Assembly (NCBI GenBank): GCA_963705725.1
Contig: CAVPKM010000009.1
Location: 32,001 to 96,000, forward strand
DNA length: 64,000 nucleotides
Direction of reading: 5' to 3'
Source: an uncultured Gammaproteobacteria bacterium
Lineage (GTDB): Bacteria; Pseudomonadota; Gammaproteobacteria; UBA6002
Below, piece by piece: positions 19,050 to 29,265 of this stretch (position 1 is its first letter; every line of letters starts with the position of its first letter). The notes beneath the pieces are model-generated. The model was not told where the DNA came from and searched no databases. It saw nothing but the letters and a program-made list of their open reading frames with translations. The position numbers were made by a program, and so were the translations under genes.

Positions 19050-20304
19050 TTACACATAGACAGGAAAACGTTCACAAAGCTCTGTGACTTGTTGTCTAAC
19101 ATCAGCAATCACATGCTCATTTTCGATATCATCCAAAATATCGCTTATCCATTGAGATAGGATGGTACATTCCAATTCCGTAAAACCACGAGTCGTGACT
19201 GCAGGGGTTCCAATGCGAAATCCACTTGTAATAAAGGGAGATCGCGGATCGTTAGGAATGGTGTTTTTATTAACTGTAATATGGGCCTTACCTAATGCAA
19301 CTTCTGCATCTTTTCCAGTGATATTTTTGTTGACCAAATCAACAAGAAATAAGTGATTATCTGTTCCTCCAGAAACGAGGGTATAACCTCTTTCTAAAAA
19401 AGTTTGCGCCATCATCTTTGCATTGGCTAACACCTGTTTTTGATAGGTGATGAAATCCGGCATTAATGCTTCCTTCAAGGCCACGGCTTTTGCAGCAATA
19501 ACATGCATTAAGGGGCCACCTTGCAACCCTGGAAAAACAGCTGCATTGAGTTTTTTTTCTATTTCCTCATTGGCTTTTGCTAAAATTAAGCCCCCTCTTG
19601 GACCGCGTAAGGTTTTATGCGTGGTCGTAGTAGTAACATCAGCTATCTGCACCGGAGAAGGATAAAGACCTGCTGCCACTAAACCCGCGACATGAGCCAT
19701 ATCCACCACTAAATAAGCCTTAACCTCATCTGCGATTTCGCGAAAAATTTGCCAATCCACAATTCGTGAATAGGCGGAAAAACCTGCAACAATCATTTTT
19801 GGGTGGTGTGTTCTTGCAAGTTTCCTAACATTCTCATAATCAATTTCGCCACTTTCAGAATCTATGCCATAGAGAATGGCATGATAAATTTTTCCTGAAA
19901 AATTTACTTTTTGCGCCATGCGTTAAATGCCCGCCGTGTGCTAAGTTCATGCCAAGTAGCGTATCACCTGGATTGAGCAGGGCCATATAGGCCGCAGCAT
20001 TGGCTTGAGAACCCGAATGAGGCTGTACATTCGCATAATCCGCGTTAAATAATTTTTTTGCACGATCAATTGCCAATTGCTCAACTAAATCAACATATTC
20101 ACAGCCGCCATAATAGCGCTTGCCTGGATAACCTTCAGCATACTTGTTGGTGAGCACAGAACCTTGGGCTTGTAATACTCGCAAACTGGCGTAGTTTTCA
20201 GAAGCAATCAGCTCAATATGCTGCTCTTGGCGATGCGCTTCTGCCTCAATAGCATTCCACAAGTCAGGATCATATTCAGCAATTGAAAAATCATTTTGAA
20301 TCAT
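19050..20304 (-). pseudogene. glyA: Serine hydroxymethyltransferase with a 1-nt frameshift (real or sequencing error)
   Basis: [23 protein letters not shown] and GGHLTHG in one frame; [13 protein letters not shown] in the other; one extra A in the run at 19908-19912. Confidence 0.92.
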
Positions 20305-20385
20305 TGATGCTCCTTGGAGTAAAACCGCCATTAAACCTGCCGATCATATACTAAATTTAATTAAGTGTATATGAGGGTATGCCCT

Positions 20386-21744
20386 TCAAACGTGGCTAAT
20401 TGCTTCTTTTAAATGCGTGATCGCAACCACATCTAGGCCGGGAACCGATTTTTTAGGCTCATTCGCTTTTGGTACAATTGCCATTTTAAATCCATGTTTT
20501 GCCGCCTCCTTTAGTCTTTCTTGACCACTTTGCACAGGCCTGATTTCTCCTGCCAATCCTACTTCTCCAAAAAGAATTAACTCCTTTACTAAAGGTTTAT
20601 TTCTTAAGCTTGAGATGACCGCCAACAGCAAGGCAAGATCGATTCCTGTTTCCGTCACCTTAACTCCTCCTACAACATTGATAAAAATGTCTTGCTGATA
20701 GGTGGCAATTCCTCCATGACGATGAAGCACGGCCAATAACATCGCTAAGCGATTTTGATCTAGCCCAACTGTCACCCTTCTTGGGTTTGCAAGATGACTT
20801 TCGTCAACTAATGCTTGCACTTCAACCAGAAGTGGGCGACTGCCCTCCCAAGTTACCATCACACTGCTTCCAGGAACAGATTGCTGATAATTGGATAAAA
20901 AAAAGGCAGAGGGGTTGCTGACTTCCCGCAATCCTTTGTCCGTCATCGCAAAAACGCCTAATTCATTGACTGCACCAAAACGGTTCTTTACCGCCCTTAT
21001 CATACGGTATCGCTGATCACTTTGACCTTCAAAATAAAGAACGCAATCCACCATATGCTCCAACACCCTTGGCCCGGCCAAGCTGCCCTCCTTCGTGACA
21101 TGACCAATAAGAAAAAGAATGCAGCCTGACTGTTTTGCAAAACGTACAAGTTGAGCTGCGCTTTCACGAACTTGAGACACTCCGCCAGGAGCAGATTGCA
21201 GGCTGCCCGTAAAAATCGTTTGAATAGAGTCAATCACCATAACTTGTGGCTTTTTCTGTAGAGCAATTTGGATAATGGCTTCGACATTTGTTTCAGCAAG
21301 TAATTGAAGGCTAGCTTCAAAAAGCTTGAGTCTTTTTGCACGCAATGTTACTTGCTGCAAGGACTCTTCTCCTGTGACATATAAGCAAGAATATTGCCTA
21401 CTTAAATGGCAAAGCGTTTGTAGCAGCAAGGTGGATTTTCCAATTCCAGGATCTCCACCGAGAAGTATGACGGAACCAACAACCAACCCACCACCCAGGA
21501 CCAGATCAAATTCAGGCAATTGGCTACTAATGCGATCGATTTCTTCTAATTTGACCTGAGAGATTAATGTGCATTCGCCAGTCGCCGCATTGGCATAACC
21601 CTGGAATCGATTCAGGGGTGAGCTTCCTCTCACCACCTCTTCAACCATGCTATTCCAACTACCACAGTCTGCACATTGACCAGACCACTTTGGCGCTTGA
21701 ACGCCGCAATGCTGGCAAATATAGAACACTTTATTTTTATTCAA
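20386..21744 (-). CDS. radA: DNA repair protein RadA/Sms
   Basis: C4 zinc finger, GDPGIGKST, KNRFG, Lon-like C-terminus. Confidence 0.98.
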   Translation of the reverse strand: MNKNKVFYICQHCGVQAPKWSGQCADCGSWNSMVEEVVRGSSPLNRFQGYANAATGECTLISQVKLEEIDRISSQLPEFDLVLGGGLVVGSVILLGGDPGIGKSTLLLQTLCHLSRQYSCLYVTGEESLQQVTLRAKRLKLFEASLQLLAETNVEAIIQIALQKKPQVMVIDSIQTIFTGSLQSAPGGVSQVRESAAQLVRFAKQSGCILFLIGHVTKEGSLAGPRVLEHMVDCVLYFEGQSDQRYRMIRAVKNRFGAVNELGVFAMTDKGLREVSNPSAFFLSNYQQSVPGSSVMVTWEGSRPLLVEVQALVDESHLANPRRVTVGLDQNRLAMLLAVLHRHGGIATYQQDIFINVVGGVKVTETGIDLALLLAVISSLRNKPLVKELILFGEVGLAGEIRPVQSGQERLKEAAKHGFKMAIVPKANEPKKSVPGLDVVAITHLKEAISHV

Positions 21745-21745
21745 C

Positions 21746-21922
21746 GTAACTGCTCACGAGGTAAGAGTCTGTTCAACGCACAAACCTCCATATTTGAGCC
21801 TTATTTGAATGAAAAATTCGTTGAAAAAGCGCAGCATATATAAATATGTGAGCAATTTTCAGCGGGTTTTTCGTTCAAAGATGGCCAAATATGGAAGTTT
21901 CCTTCCTGGGGCGAGTAGTGAC
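21746..21922. mobile_element. Palindromic MITE, divergent full copy C (177 bp)
   Basis: Ends GTAACTGCTC / GAGTAGTGAC; perfect 8-bp TSD TATTCAAC (21738-21745, 21923-21930); core GCGCAGCATAT...ATATGTGAGC. Confidence 0.85.
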
Positions 21923-21935
21923 TATTCAACTTTCA

Positions 21936-22952
21936 TTACCCTTGCAACCAGTAGGCAACTTCTTTCGCATAATAGGTAATTATAAAGTCAGCGCCCGCTC
22001 GTTTAATCCCCGTTAAAATCTCTAACGCAACTTGTTTCTCATTGATCCAGCCATTCATTGCAGCCGCTTTAATCATGGCAAATTCTCCACTAACATGATA
22101 GGCACCAAGTGGCACATGAGAAAAAAGATTTTTAATTTGATAAATGACGTCTAAATATGCATGAGCAGGCTTAACCATTATCATATCTGCCCCCTCTTGT
22201 AGATCCAGTTCCACCTCTCTGATTGCTTCTCTGCCATTAGCCGGATCCATTTGATAAGTCCGACGACTACCAAATTGCGGTGCGCCTTCTGCTGCTTCTC
22301 GAAAAGGACCATAAAGCGAAGAACAGTATTTAACCGCATAACTTAATATTGGAAGATATTCATAACCTGCTTGATCGAGCAAAAGGCGGACCGCTTGCAC
22401 CATACCATCAATATTTCCGCTTGGCGCAATAACATCTACCCCTGCTTCAGCAAGGCTTACAGCCTGTTTTGCTAAATTAACCAAGGTCGCGTCGTTATCC
22501 ACATCAAGTTGACCGGTTCTATCTGAAAGCACGCCACAATGACCATGATCTGTATATTCGCAAAAACAAAGGTCGGCTATGACTAATAACTCAGGTGCTA
22601 TATCCTTAATCGTGCTGACGGCAGTTTGGATAATTCCTTGAGCATCCATTGCCGTCTTACCTTCTGGATCTTTATATTCGGGGATTCCAAATAAAATCAC
22701 TCCCGGCAAATTAAGATCTTGAATTTCTTTTATTTCTTCAGAGAGACAATCTATTGTCATTTGAAAATGTCCCGGCATGGATAGTATGGGTTTCTTTATC
22801 CCTTCTCCATATCGAACAAACAAAGGCAAAATCAAATCATTCAATTGCAAATTTGTTTCACGAATTAAATCCTGTAACTTTGCTTGAGAGCGCAATCTTC
22901 TCATTCTAAGCGCTGGATAATGCCCTGTTTTTCCTATCATTTTAATCTCCAA
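21936..22952 (-). CDS. hemB: Porphobilinogen synthase
   Basis: DLCFCEYTDHGHCG, YGPFREA, YQMDP, MVKPA. Confidence 0.98.
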   Translation of the reverse strand: MEIKMIGKTGHYPALRMRRLRSQAKLQDLIRETNLQLNDLILPLFVRYGEGIKKPILSMPGHFQMTIDCLSEEIKEIQDLNLPGVILFGIPEYKDPEGKTAMDAQGIIQTAVSTIKDIAPELLVIADLCFCEYTDHGHCGVLSDRTGQLDVDNDATLVNLAKQAVSLAEAGVDVIAPSGNIDGMVQAVRLLLDQAGYEYLPILSYAVKYCSSLYGPFREAAEGAPQFGSRRTYQMDPANGREAIREVELDLQEGADMIMVKPAHAYLDVIYQIKNLFSHVPLGAYHVSGEFAMIKAAAMNGWINEKQVALEILTGIKRAGADFIITYYAKEVAYWLQG

Positions 22953-23011
22953 TACTGGAAAGTTATCTTTAAATCGTTATAATCCCCATAATCGGGTAGA
23001 AGGAGAATAAA

Positions 23012-23503
23012 ATGGATCGTTTTGCAATCGTACTTAATAAATATAATGAATCTCATCTACACCCAATCAACAAAATGCTCCACTTTATCAGCACACCGTT
23101 TTTATTATTCGCGACATTAATTTTTTTTAGCTGGATCCATATTAGCATGCCGGGCTTTTTTGATATTCATACTTCTTGGTTATTTTTCGCCGGTCTGATT
23201 TTTTATTATACCAAGTTTGATACGCAATTAGCGTGCCTATTTAGCGCAATCTTATTACCCTTAATTCTAGTCGCCAATTTTTTTTCAAGCTATTGGCTGT
23301 CATTCCCTGTATTTTTCATACTTTTTGTAAGCAGCGCATTACTCCAACTTTTAGGACATTTTATTGAAGGCGAACAACCTGCTACTGTTGATCATCCCAA
23401 ACTAATTTTCACCCTTCCCTTAATCATGATGGCTGAAATATTATGTAATTATGGTTATCGCCAAGACCTTTTAGATAAGCCTGGCAATTCTTCTTCCCTG
23501 TGA
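23012..23503 (+). CDS. Mpo1/DUF962-like membrane protein
   Basis: Y..SHLHPINKMLH and QLLGHFIEG..PA motifs; hydrophobic segments; AAGGAG RBS. Confidence 0.8.
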   Translation: MDRFAIVLNKYNESHLHPINKMLHFISTPFLLFATLIFFSWIHISMPGFFDIHTSWLFFAGLIFYYTKFDTQLACLFSAILLPLILVANFFSSYWLSFPVFFILFVSSALLQLLGHFIEGEQPATVDHPKLIFTLPLIMMAEILCNYGYRQDLLDKPGNSSSL

Positions 23504-23740
23504 CCTTAACAACTTAGCAGTAGGCATCAAAATTTCTTGCATACCTGCCGGTTATAGGCTAGTATGTTACGTGATCATTGGCGAATTGTCCCACTTAATT
23601 GGTCTTTTCAGCTCTTTAATGAACATTCCCAATGAGAAATTGTAATTGTTCTGCTTCCAGCAAGCATTCAGGTTGTATAGCTAAGCTTTCAACCTGCACT
23701 GAATGGTTACGAGCATTTTTTATTAGTATCAGGAGCCCAT

Positions 23741-24013
23741 ATGTCTCACACAACAATCTTTGTAAGCAACCTTGCTTACGGCTTAGACACCAAAGACCTT
23801 ATCTCTGCTTTTTCTGCTTACGGTGAAATCACTGAAGCAAAAATCATCAAAGACCGCGAGTCTGGCCGCTCTAAAGGTTTTGGTTTTGTAACCTTTATCA
23901 CTCCAGATCAAGCTAAAGAAGCGCTTAATATGAATGGTAAAGAATTACATGGAAGAACAGTTCGAGTTAATTTTGCTCGCAAGCAAACCCAACGAGAAGA
24001 CCGAGACGATTAA
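23741..24013 (+). CDS. Single-RRM RNA-binding protein
   Basis: RNP2 IFVSNL and RNP1 KGFGFVTF; AGGAG RBS. Confidence 0.95.
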   Translation: MSHTTIFVSNLAYGLDTKDLISAFSAYGEITEAKIIKDRESGRSKGFGFVTFITPDQAKEALNMNGKELHGRTVRVNFARKQTQREDRDD

Positions 24014-24018
24014 TCGTC

Positions 24019-24048
24019 AAAACCTCCTCCATTGGAGGAGGTTTTTTT
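24019..24048 (+). terminator. Rho-independent terminator (possibly bidirectional)
   Basis: AAAACCTCCTCC-ATT-GGAGGAGGTTTT with T-run, between the converging RRM gene and purL. Confidence 0.9.
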
Positions 24049-24124
24049 CCTTTCCTTTTCCCACTCAATCAATCCAACTCACATCTCAATACAAATCCGA
24101 TCTCAAGGCCCATTGGCCCACATC

Positions 24125-27100
24125 CTAACTCAACCATTTATATGCATTATGAAACAGCTGAAACCAAGGTGAGTTTTCATTCTTCCAATCAGCTGGCTTC
24201 CAAGAAAATTGCACATTACGAAAGACTCTTTCTGCATGTGGCATCATAATGGTAAATCGTCCGTCCTTACTTGTCACCGATGCTATTCCTTTTGGACTGC
24301 CATTTGGATTTTCCGGATAATTTTCTGTCACATGGTGATAATGATCTACATATTGCATCGGAATAAGTTTTTCTTCTATCGCGATTACCGCTGTTTCTTC
24401 ATCCCTAAAAGCGACCCTACCCTCCCCATGTGATACCACAATGGGCAATACCGCTTCTTCCATGCCTTGAAAAAATAAGGAGGGAGAAGCGTTAATTTTA
24501 ACGAGTGATAACCTTGCCTCAAATTGTTCAGAAAAATTTCGTTCAAATTGAGGCCAGTGGCTTGCACCAGGAATCAGTTCTTTGAGATGCGACAACATTT
24601 GACAGCCATTACAAACCCCCAATACAAAGACATTGGGTTCATTAAAAAATCTTTCAAACACCGTCCTTGCTTTTTCATTATATAAAATGGAATTTGCCCA
24701 CCCTCTTCCTGCTCCTAATACATCACCATAGGAAAATCCTCCACAAGCCACCAACCCTTGAAAATTTTTTAAATCGGTTTGCCCTGAAAGAATATCTGTC
24801 ATATGAACATCAATCGGTGAAAAACCCGCGCGCAGGAAGGCTGCCGCCATTTCCTGATGACCATTCACACCCTGTTCTCGCAAGATTGCAACTTGAGGTT
24901 TAGTGCTGAGGATAACAGGTGGGGAGTCATAAAATGTAAAAGTTAAATTAGCATTTAATCCAGGATCTTTATCATCGAGCAATTTATCATATTCTTGAAG
25001 GGCGCAATCGGGATTATCTCGTAGTGCTTGAAGGTGATAACTTGTCTTTGACCAACATCGATTAAGAGAAATACGACTTGATCGATAGAGACATTCCTCC
25101 CCTTTTTGAATAACCAGCGCATCTTCTTTATTCAAGCAGCCAATAACAACTGAGGCTTCCTTTAAATGATACCGCTCCAAACAACGAGTGATGCGATCCT
25201 TATCCTGTAAACGATACTGAATGACTGCACCTAATTCTTCATTAAACAGCAAGGGGATGATGGCCTCACCGCAATCCAGATTCAGGGTCACACCTAAATG
25301 AGAGGCAAACATCATCTCACAAACCGTTGCAAGAAGACCTCCATCAGATCGATCATGGTAGGCTAAAATTAAGTTTTTTTGGCGCAACTCTGTCATTGCA
25401 TTGAAGAAATTAATAAGTAATTCTGGCGAATCTAGGTTAGGCACCTCCCGCCCTAATTGATTTAACACTTCCGCCAAGCAGGAAGCACCAAGCCGATTTT
25501 TATGAAATCCTAAATCAATTAATAGTAATTCCGTTTCGAAATTTTTCTCAAAAAGTGGAGTTAGCGTTTTCCGAATATCTTTTACCGGTGCAAAAGCAGA
25601 AATAACTAAGGATAACGGGGCTGCGACATCAACATGAGTTTGATCTTGCTGCCATTTCATTTGCATTGATAAAGAATCTTTCCCCACTGGAATACAAATA
25701 CCTAAAGCTGGACAAAGTCGCTCACCAATTTCGCGCACTGCTTGATAAAGATTCTCCACTTCTTCTTCTTCACCAAAAGCTGCCATCCAGTTTGCGGATA
25801 ATTTGATATCTTCGAGCATCGCAATATCTGCTGCCACAATATTGGTGATAGCTTCACCCACGGCCATCGCAGCTGATGCCCGCGCATCGATTAAAGCAAG
25901 CGGAGGTCGCTCCCCCATTGCCATTGCTTCGCCGCGATAACTGGAATAACCATTTGCTGTCACCGCCACATCAGAAACCGGCACTTGCCACGGCCCAATC
26001 ATTTGATCACGCGCTACCAGACCAGTTACACTTCGGTCACCAATTGTAATGAGAAAATGCTTATCAGCTACAGTAGGATGCTGCAACACACGTGCGATTA
26101 ATTCTCCAAGCGCTTCTGTGATTTCTAAATCCTTTCCTGCAAGGGTTTTGAATTCATCAATCTCACAATGGAGTTTTGAACCTTCACCAAACAATAAATT
26201 GAGCGGCATATCTACAGGGGATTCCTTAATTCGCGAATCATATACAGCAATATAATCCTCATTAGTTGCTACCCCTACTACTGCGTATGGACATCTTTCT
26301 CTTGCGGCAATTTTTTCAAACAAAGGCAAATGCTGCTCATCAATGGCTAAAACATAGCGCTCTTGCGCTTCGTTACACCAAATTTCCATTGCATTTAGAC
26401 TGGCATCGGCCGTGGGAATAGCATGCAGATCAATACTCGCGCCTTTTTTTGCATCATGGACTAATTCGGATAAAGCATTGGACAATCCCCCCGCTCCTAC
26501 ATCATGGATAGAAATAATGGGATTATTTTTGCCTAGCGATAAACAATGGGTAATCACTTCTTGGCAGCGACGCTGCATCTCTGGGTTACTTCGTTGCACA
26601 GAGGCATAATCTAATTCTTCCTTGCTTGCCCCTGAATAGATGGATGAAGCTGCCCCTCCACCTAATCCAATTAGCATGGCTGGACCCCCGAGTACAATTA
26701 ACCGTGCACCACTTGGTATTGGATATTTCTTAACTGCCATCGGCCTGATTTGTCCCAACCCTCCAGCAATCATGATAGGTTTATGATAACCGCGAATTTT
26801 TATGTTTTTTTCATTTTGAGACGCTAACATCTCAAAAGTTCGAAAATATCCGCAAAGATTGGGACGACCAAATTCGTTATTAAATGAAGCAGCACCAATT
26901 GGCCCTTGGAGCATGATTTCTAAAGCACTCGCCACATGGGATGGGTAACCGATATATTGCTCCCAAGGCTTTGGATGACCCGGGATATGTAAATTAGAAA
27001 CAGAAAATCCAACTAGTCCTGCCTTTGGTCTCCCCCCGATTCCGGTTGCCCCTTCATCTCGAATTTCTCCGCCTGCACCTGTGGCTGCACCTTCAAAAGG

Positions 27101-28000
27101 CGAAATTGCAGTAGGATGATTATGTGTTTCAACTTTAATGACAATATGAGCCAGCTCTTCTTGAAAGGAGTAAGCATGATTGATCGGATCAACCATCAGC
27201 TGATCGGCAATGGATCCCTCAATAATTGCGCCATTATCTTGATAGGCAGAAAGTACATGACGACTTTGGGAAGCATAAGTATTTTTAATCCAGTCAAATA
27301 AGCTTTTTTCTTGGTCCTTTCCTGCTATTGTCCATTTTGCATTGAAAATTTTATGTCGACAGTGTTCTGAATTAATTTGCGCAAACATCATGAGCTCGGC
27401 ATCACTTGGATCACGGTTTAACACTTGATATTGCTTGAAAAGATAATCGATTTCTTTTTCAGATAAGGCTAATCCTAAAGTTTTATTCGCGGTGACAAGT
27501 GCATTTCTCCCGTTCTGTCTAAATGGGACAAATTGGCTAGGCTTAGCATCATGCTGGGTAAAAAATTTGGCTAACGCTTCTGTTGAGAGCACGCAGGTTT
27601 CTGTCATCCGATCATGGATTAAAGGCAAAATGGCAGACCACTGTACTTCTTGAGAGGACGCGGTTATCAGTTCATAAACTAGCGCTTTTTCAATACGTGA
27701 GACAGCTGCTAACCCACAAACATGAAGAATATCTGTTGCTTTTGAAGACCAAGGAGACTCTGTACTAAAACGAGGTGCAATGATCACATAGGGATTTTTA
27801 GGCGCCTGCCAGGGCTTTGCTGTTTTGTCGATAATATTTATCAAACGCAACATTTCTTCTTGCGACAATTCTTCCGCCTGCAGCAAATAAAGGGTACTGA
27901 TAACAACTTGGCGTACTGCTGGTTGCGCTTGGCGTAGAGTTGATCTTCGTTTTTCCAAACGAAATGCAGAAAATGGACACTTGCCTTGAAAAATTTGCAT
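24125..28000 (-). CDS. purL: Phosphoribosylformylglycinamidine synthase (large PurL)
   Basis: NSEHCRHKIFN, KVETHNHPT, GVCNGCQML, MMPHAER; 1291 aa. Confidence 0.99.
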   Translation of the reverse strand: MQIFQGKCPFSAFRLEKRRSTLRQAQPAVRQVVISTLYLLQAEELSQEEMLRLINIIDKTAKPWQAPKNPYVIIAPRFSTESPWSSKATDILHVCGLAAVSRIEKALVYELITASSQEVQWSAILPLIHDRMTETCVLSTEALAKFFTQHDAKPSQFVPFRQNGRNALVTANKTLGLALSEKEIDYLFKQYQVLNRDPSDAELMMFAQINSEHCRHKIFNAKWTIAGKDQEKSLFDWIKNTYASQSRHVLSAYQDNGAIIEGSIADQLMVDPINHAYSFQEELAHIVIKVETHNHPTAISPFEGAATGAGGEIRDEGATGIGGRPKAGLVGFSVSNLHIPGHPKPWEQYIGYPSHVASALEIMLQGPIGAASFNNEFGRPNLCGYFRTFEMLASQNEKNIKIRGYHKPIMIAGGLGQIRPMAVKKYPIPSGARLIVLGGPAMLIGLGGGAASSIYSGASKEELDYASVQRSNPEMQRRCQEVITHCLSLGKNNPIISIHDVGAGGLSNALSELVHDAKKGASIDLHAIPTADASLNAMEIWCNEAQERYVLAIDEQHLPLFEKIAARERCPYAVVGVATNEDYIAVYDSRIKESPVDMPLNLLFGEGSKLHCEIDEFKTLAGKDLEITEALGELIARVLQHPTVADKHFLITIGDRSVTGLVARDQMIGPWQVPVSDVAVTANGYSSYRGEAMAMGERPPLALIDARASAAMAVGEAITNIVAADIAMLEDIKLSANWMAAFGEEEEVENLYQAVREIGERLCPALGICIPVGKDSLSMQMKWQQDQTHVDVAAPLSLVISAFAPVKDIRKTLTPLFEKNFETELLLIDLGFHKNRLGASCLAEVLNQLGREVPNLDSPELLINFFNAMTELRQKNLILAYHDRSDGGLLATVCEMMFASHLGVTLNLDCGEAIIPLLFNEELGAVIQYRLQDKDRITRCLERYHLKEASVVIGCLNKEDALVIQKGEECLYRSSRISLNRCWSKTSYHLQALRDNPDCALQEYDKLLDDKDPGLNANLTFTFYDSPPVILSTKPQVAILREQGVNGHQEMAAAFLRAGFSPIDVHMTDILSGQTDLKNFQGLVACGGFSYGDVLGAGRGWANSILYNEKARTVFERFFNEPNVFVLGVCNGCQMLSHLKELIPGASHWPQFERNFSEQFEARLSLVKINASPSLFFQGMEEAVLPIVVSHGEGRVAFRDEETAVIAIEEKLIPMQYVDHYHHVTENYPENPNGSPKGIASVTSKDGRFTIMMPHAERVFRNVQFSWKPADWKNENSPWFQLFHNAYKWLS

Positions 28001-28139
28001 TAATTTATACCATGGATCGTTATTGACAGCTCATTATATAGTCGCATTCATTTAAAGCTAAAGGGTCAAATGCGGAATATTTACCATTCTGCTACTATAC
28101 TCTTCGTTACCCCTACCCACACAACTTCAGGGATGAATC

Positions 28140-28676
28140 ATGAATTCGATGCACCAGTCTCGCAAAAATTGGCAATGGCGAATTATTACCTGGTCTACCC
28201 TTTTCTTAATTTTTGGCAAAAGCTTTGGGCATTGGTGCTATCAGGCACTGGCTATCGATCAAGCCTACCACTCTGCTAGCGCCATGGCGACAAAAATGGG
28301 GGTCATAGAGGTTTTAGATCAAAGTCCAGTCGCCTTGACCTTGCCTACCATAATTGAAGTCAGAAATGACACGCCTAACGAATACAAAATTGAAAATACT
28401 GCCACTTCGGGCAAGCTGGATTTTCAAGGCACAACTTTTAATGCAGGAGAAACAAAACGATTTATTATTCAATCTTTAAACACTGAGCAGAATTTAGGAA
28501 CCGGTGAAATTATTTTTTTATCCGCGCCATTAGTTGGCTCAAATAATACAACTTGTCAAGAAATCCACACATTAAAATATGACTTTCGAGAAGCAAATTC
28601 TACAAAAAGGCCCTTACAGCTTAATCTTTCTTCAATTACTTCGAAACTAGATTGTCACAGTAATGCGCTTAATTAA
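28140..28676 (+). CDS. Hypothetical exported or membrane-anchored protein
   Basis: N-terminal basic plus hydrophobic segment; beta-rich remainder with a Cys pair. Confidence 0.55.
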   Translation: MNSMHQSRKNWQWRIITWSTLFLIFGKSFGHWCYQALAIDQAYHSASAMATKMGVIEVLDQSPVALTLPTIIEVRNDTPNEYKIENTATSGKLDFQGTTFNAGETKRFIIQSLNTEQNLGTGEIIFLSAPLVGSNNTTCQEIHTLKYDFREANSTKRPLQLNLSSITSKLDCHSNALN

Positions 28677-28844
28677 TCTCTGCACATGAAAAAAACCGGT
28701 CGAATAAATGCTGGTTGAAAATTTGGGTGTTTGTCAGATTAGTTACGTTTAAATTAAAAATGAGTATTTTTACCTTGCTTGACAAGATTTGACCGTTTAC
28801 TAGTATTAAAAGGAATGAATTTAAAAAAACATTTGGAGACGAGA

Positions 28845-29063
28845 ATGGATAAATCTAAAAGAATTGAGTTTCATAAAAAAGTAGCAGAGAATTTAAAAAG
28901 GGCTGCAGAGTGCCATGAAAAGGCTGCAAAACTTGTTGAAAATGATGACTATGAAAAAGCAGGACATGCATCTTTTTGCGCCTTCGGCTGTTTACTCAAA
29001 GCTAAAGAGCTAATTAAAGAGGCTGCGATACAAGTTTCAGAAGAACATTGCAAAAAACAGTAA
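28845..29063 (+). CDS. Small helical protein resembling His-rich 'HEKAAH' metal-binding hairpin proteins
   Basis: GGAG RBS; HKKVAE...AAECHEKAAK...DYEKAGHA...AFG..LKA...EAA....EEH pattern. Confidence 0.65.
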   Translation: MDKSKRIEFHKKVAENLKRAAECHEKAAKLVENDDYEKAGHASFCAFGCLLKAKELIKEAAIQVSEEHCKKQ

Positions 29064-29202
29064 TCTTTATGCCTCATCTTTAAAATCTCTAGGTTACTGG
29101 TGAGGCAATCGCATGAAATCTTTAGACCAAAAATTAGTCGGTCGAAGTTTTTTTCAAATTGACATCTTCAATCCTGAATGGTTACTAAAATTCTTAGGCA
29201 GA

Positions 29203-29235
29203 ATTAATATTTGCTTAATTATTCTCTTTTATATT
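29203..29235 (+). promoter_or_regulatory. PmrA-box-like repeat plus -10-like hexamer
   Basis: ATTAATATT-TG-CTTAATTAT, 7-nt spacer, then TATATT; box ends 44 bp upstream of ATG 29266. Confidence 0.65.
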
Positions 29236-29265
29236 CTTTCATAATATAACTGAAGGATTGCAAAC

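Noticed and set aside
29049-29063. C-terminal CKKQ as CaaX
   Set aside because: Lys-Lys at the aliphatic positions, and the protein does not look like an effector.
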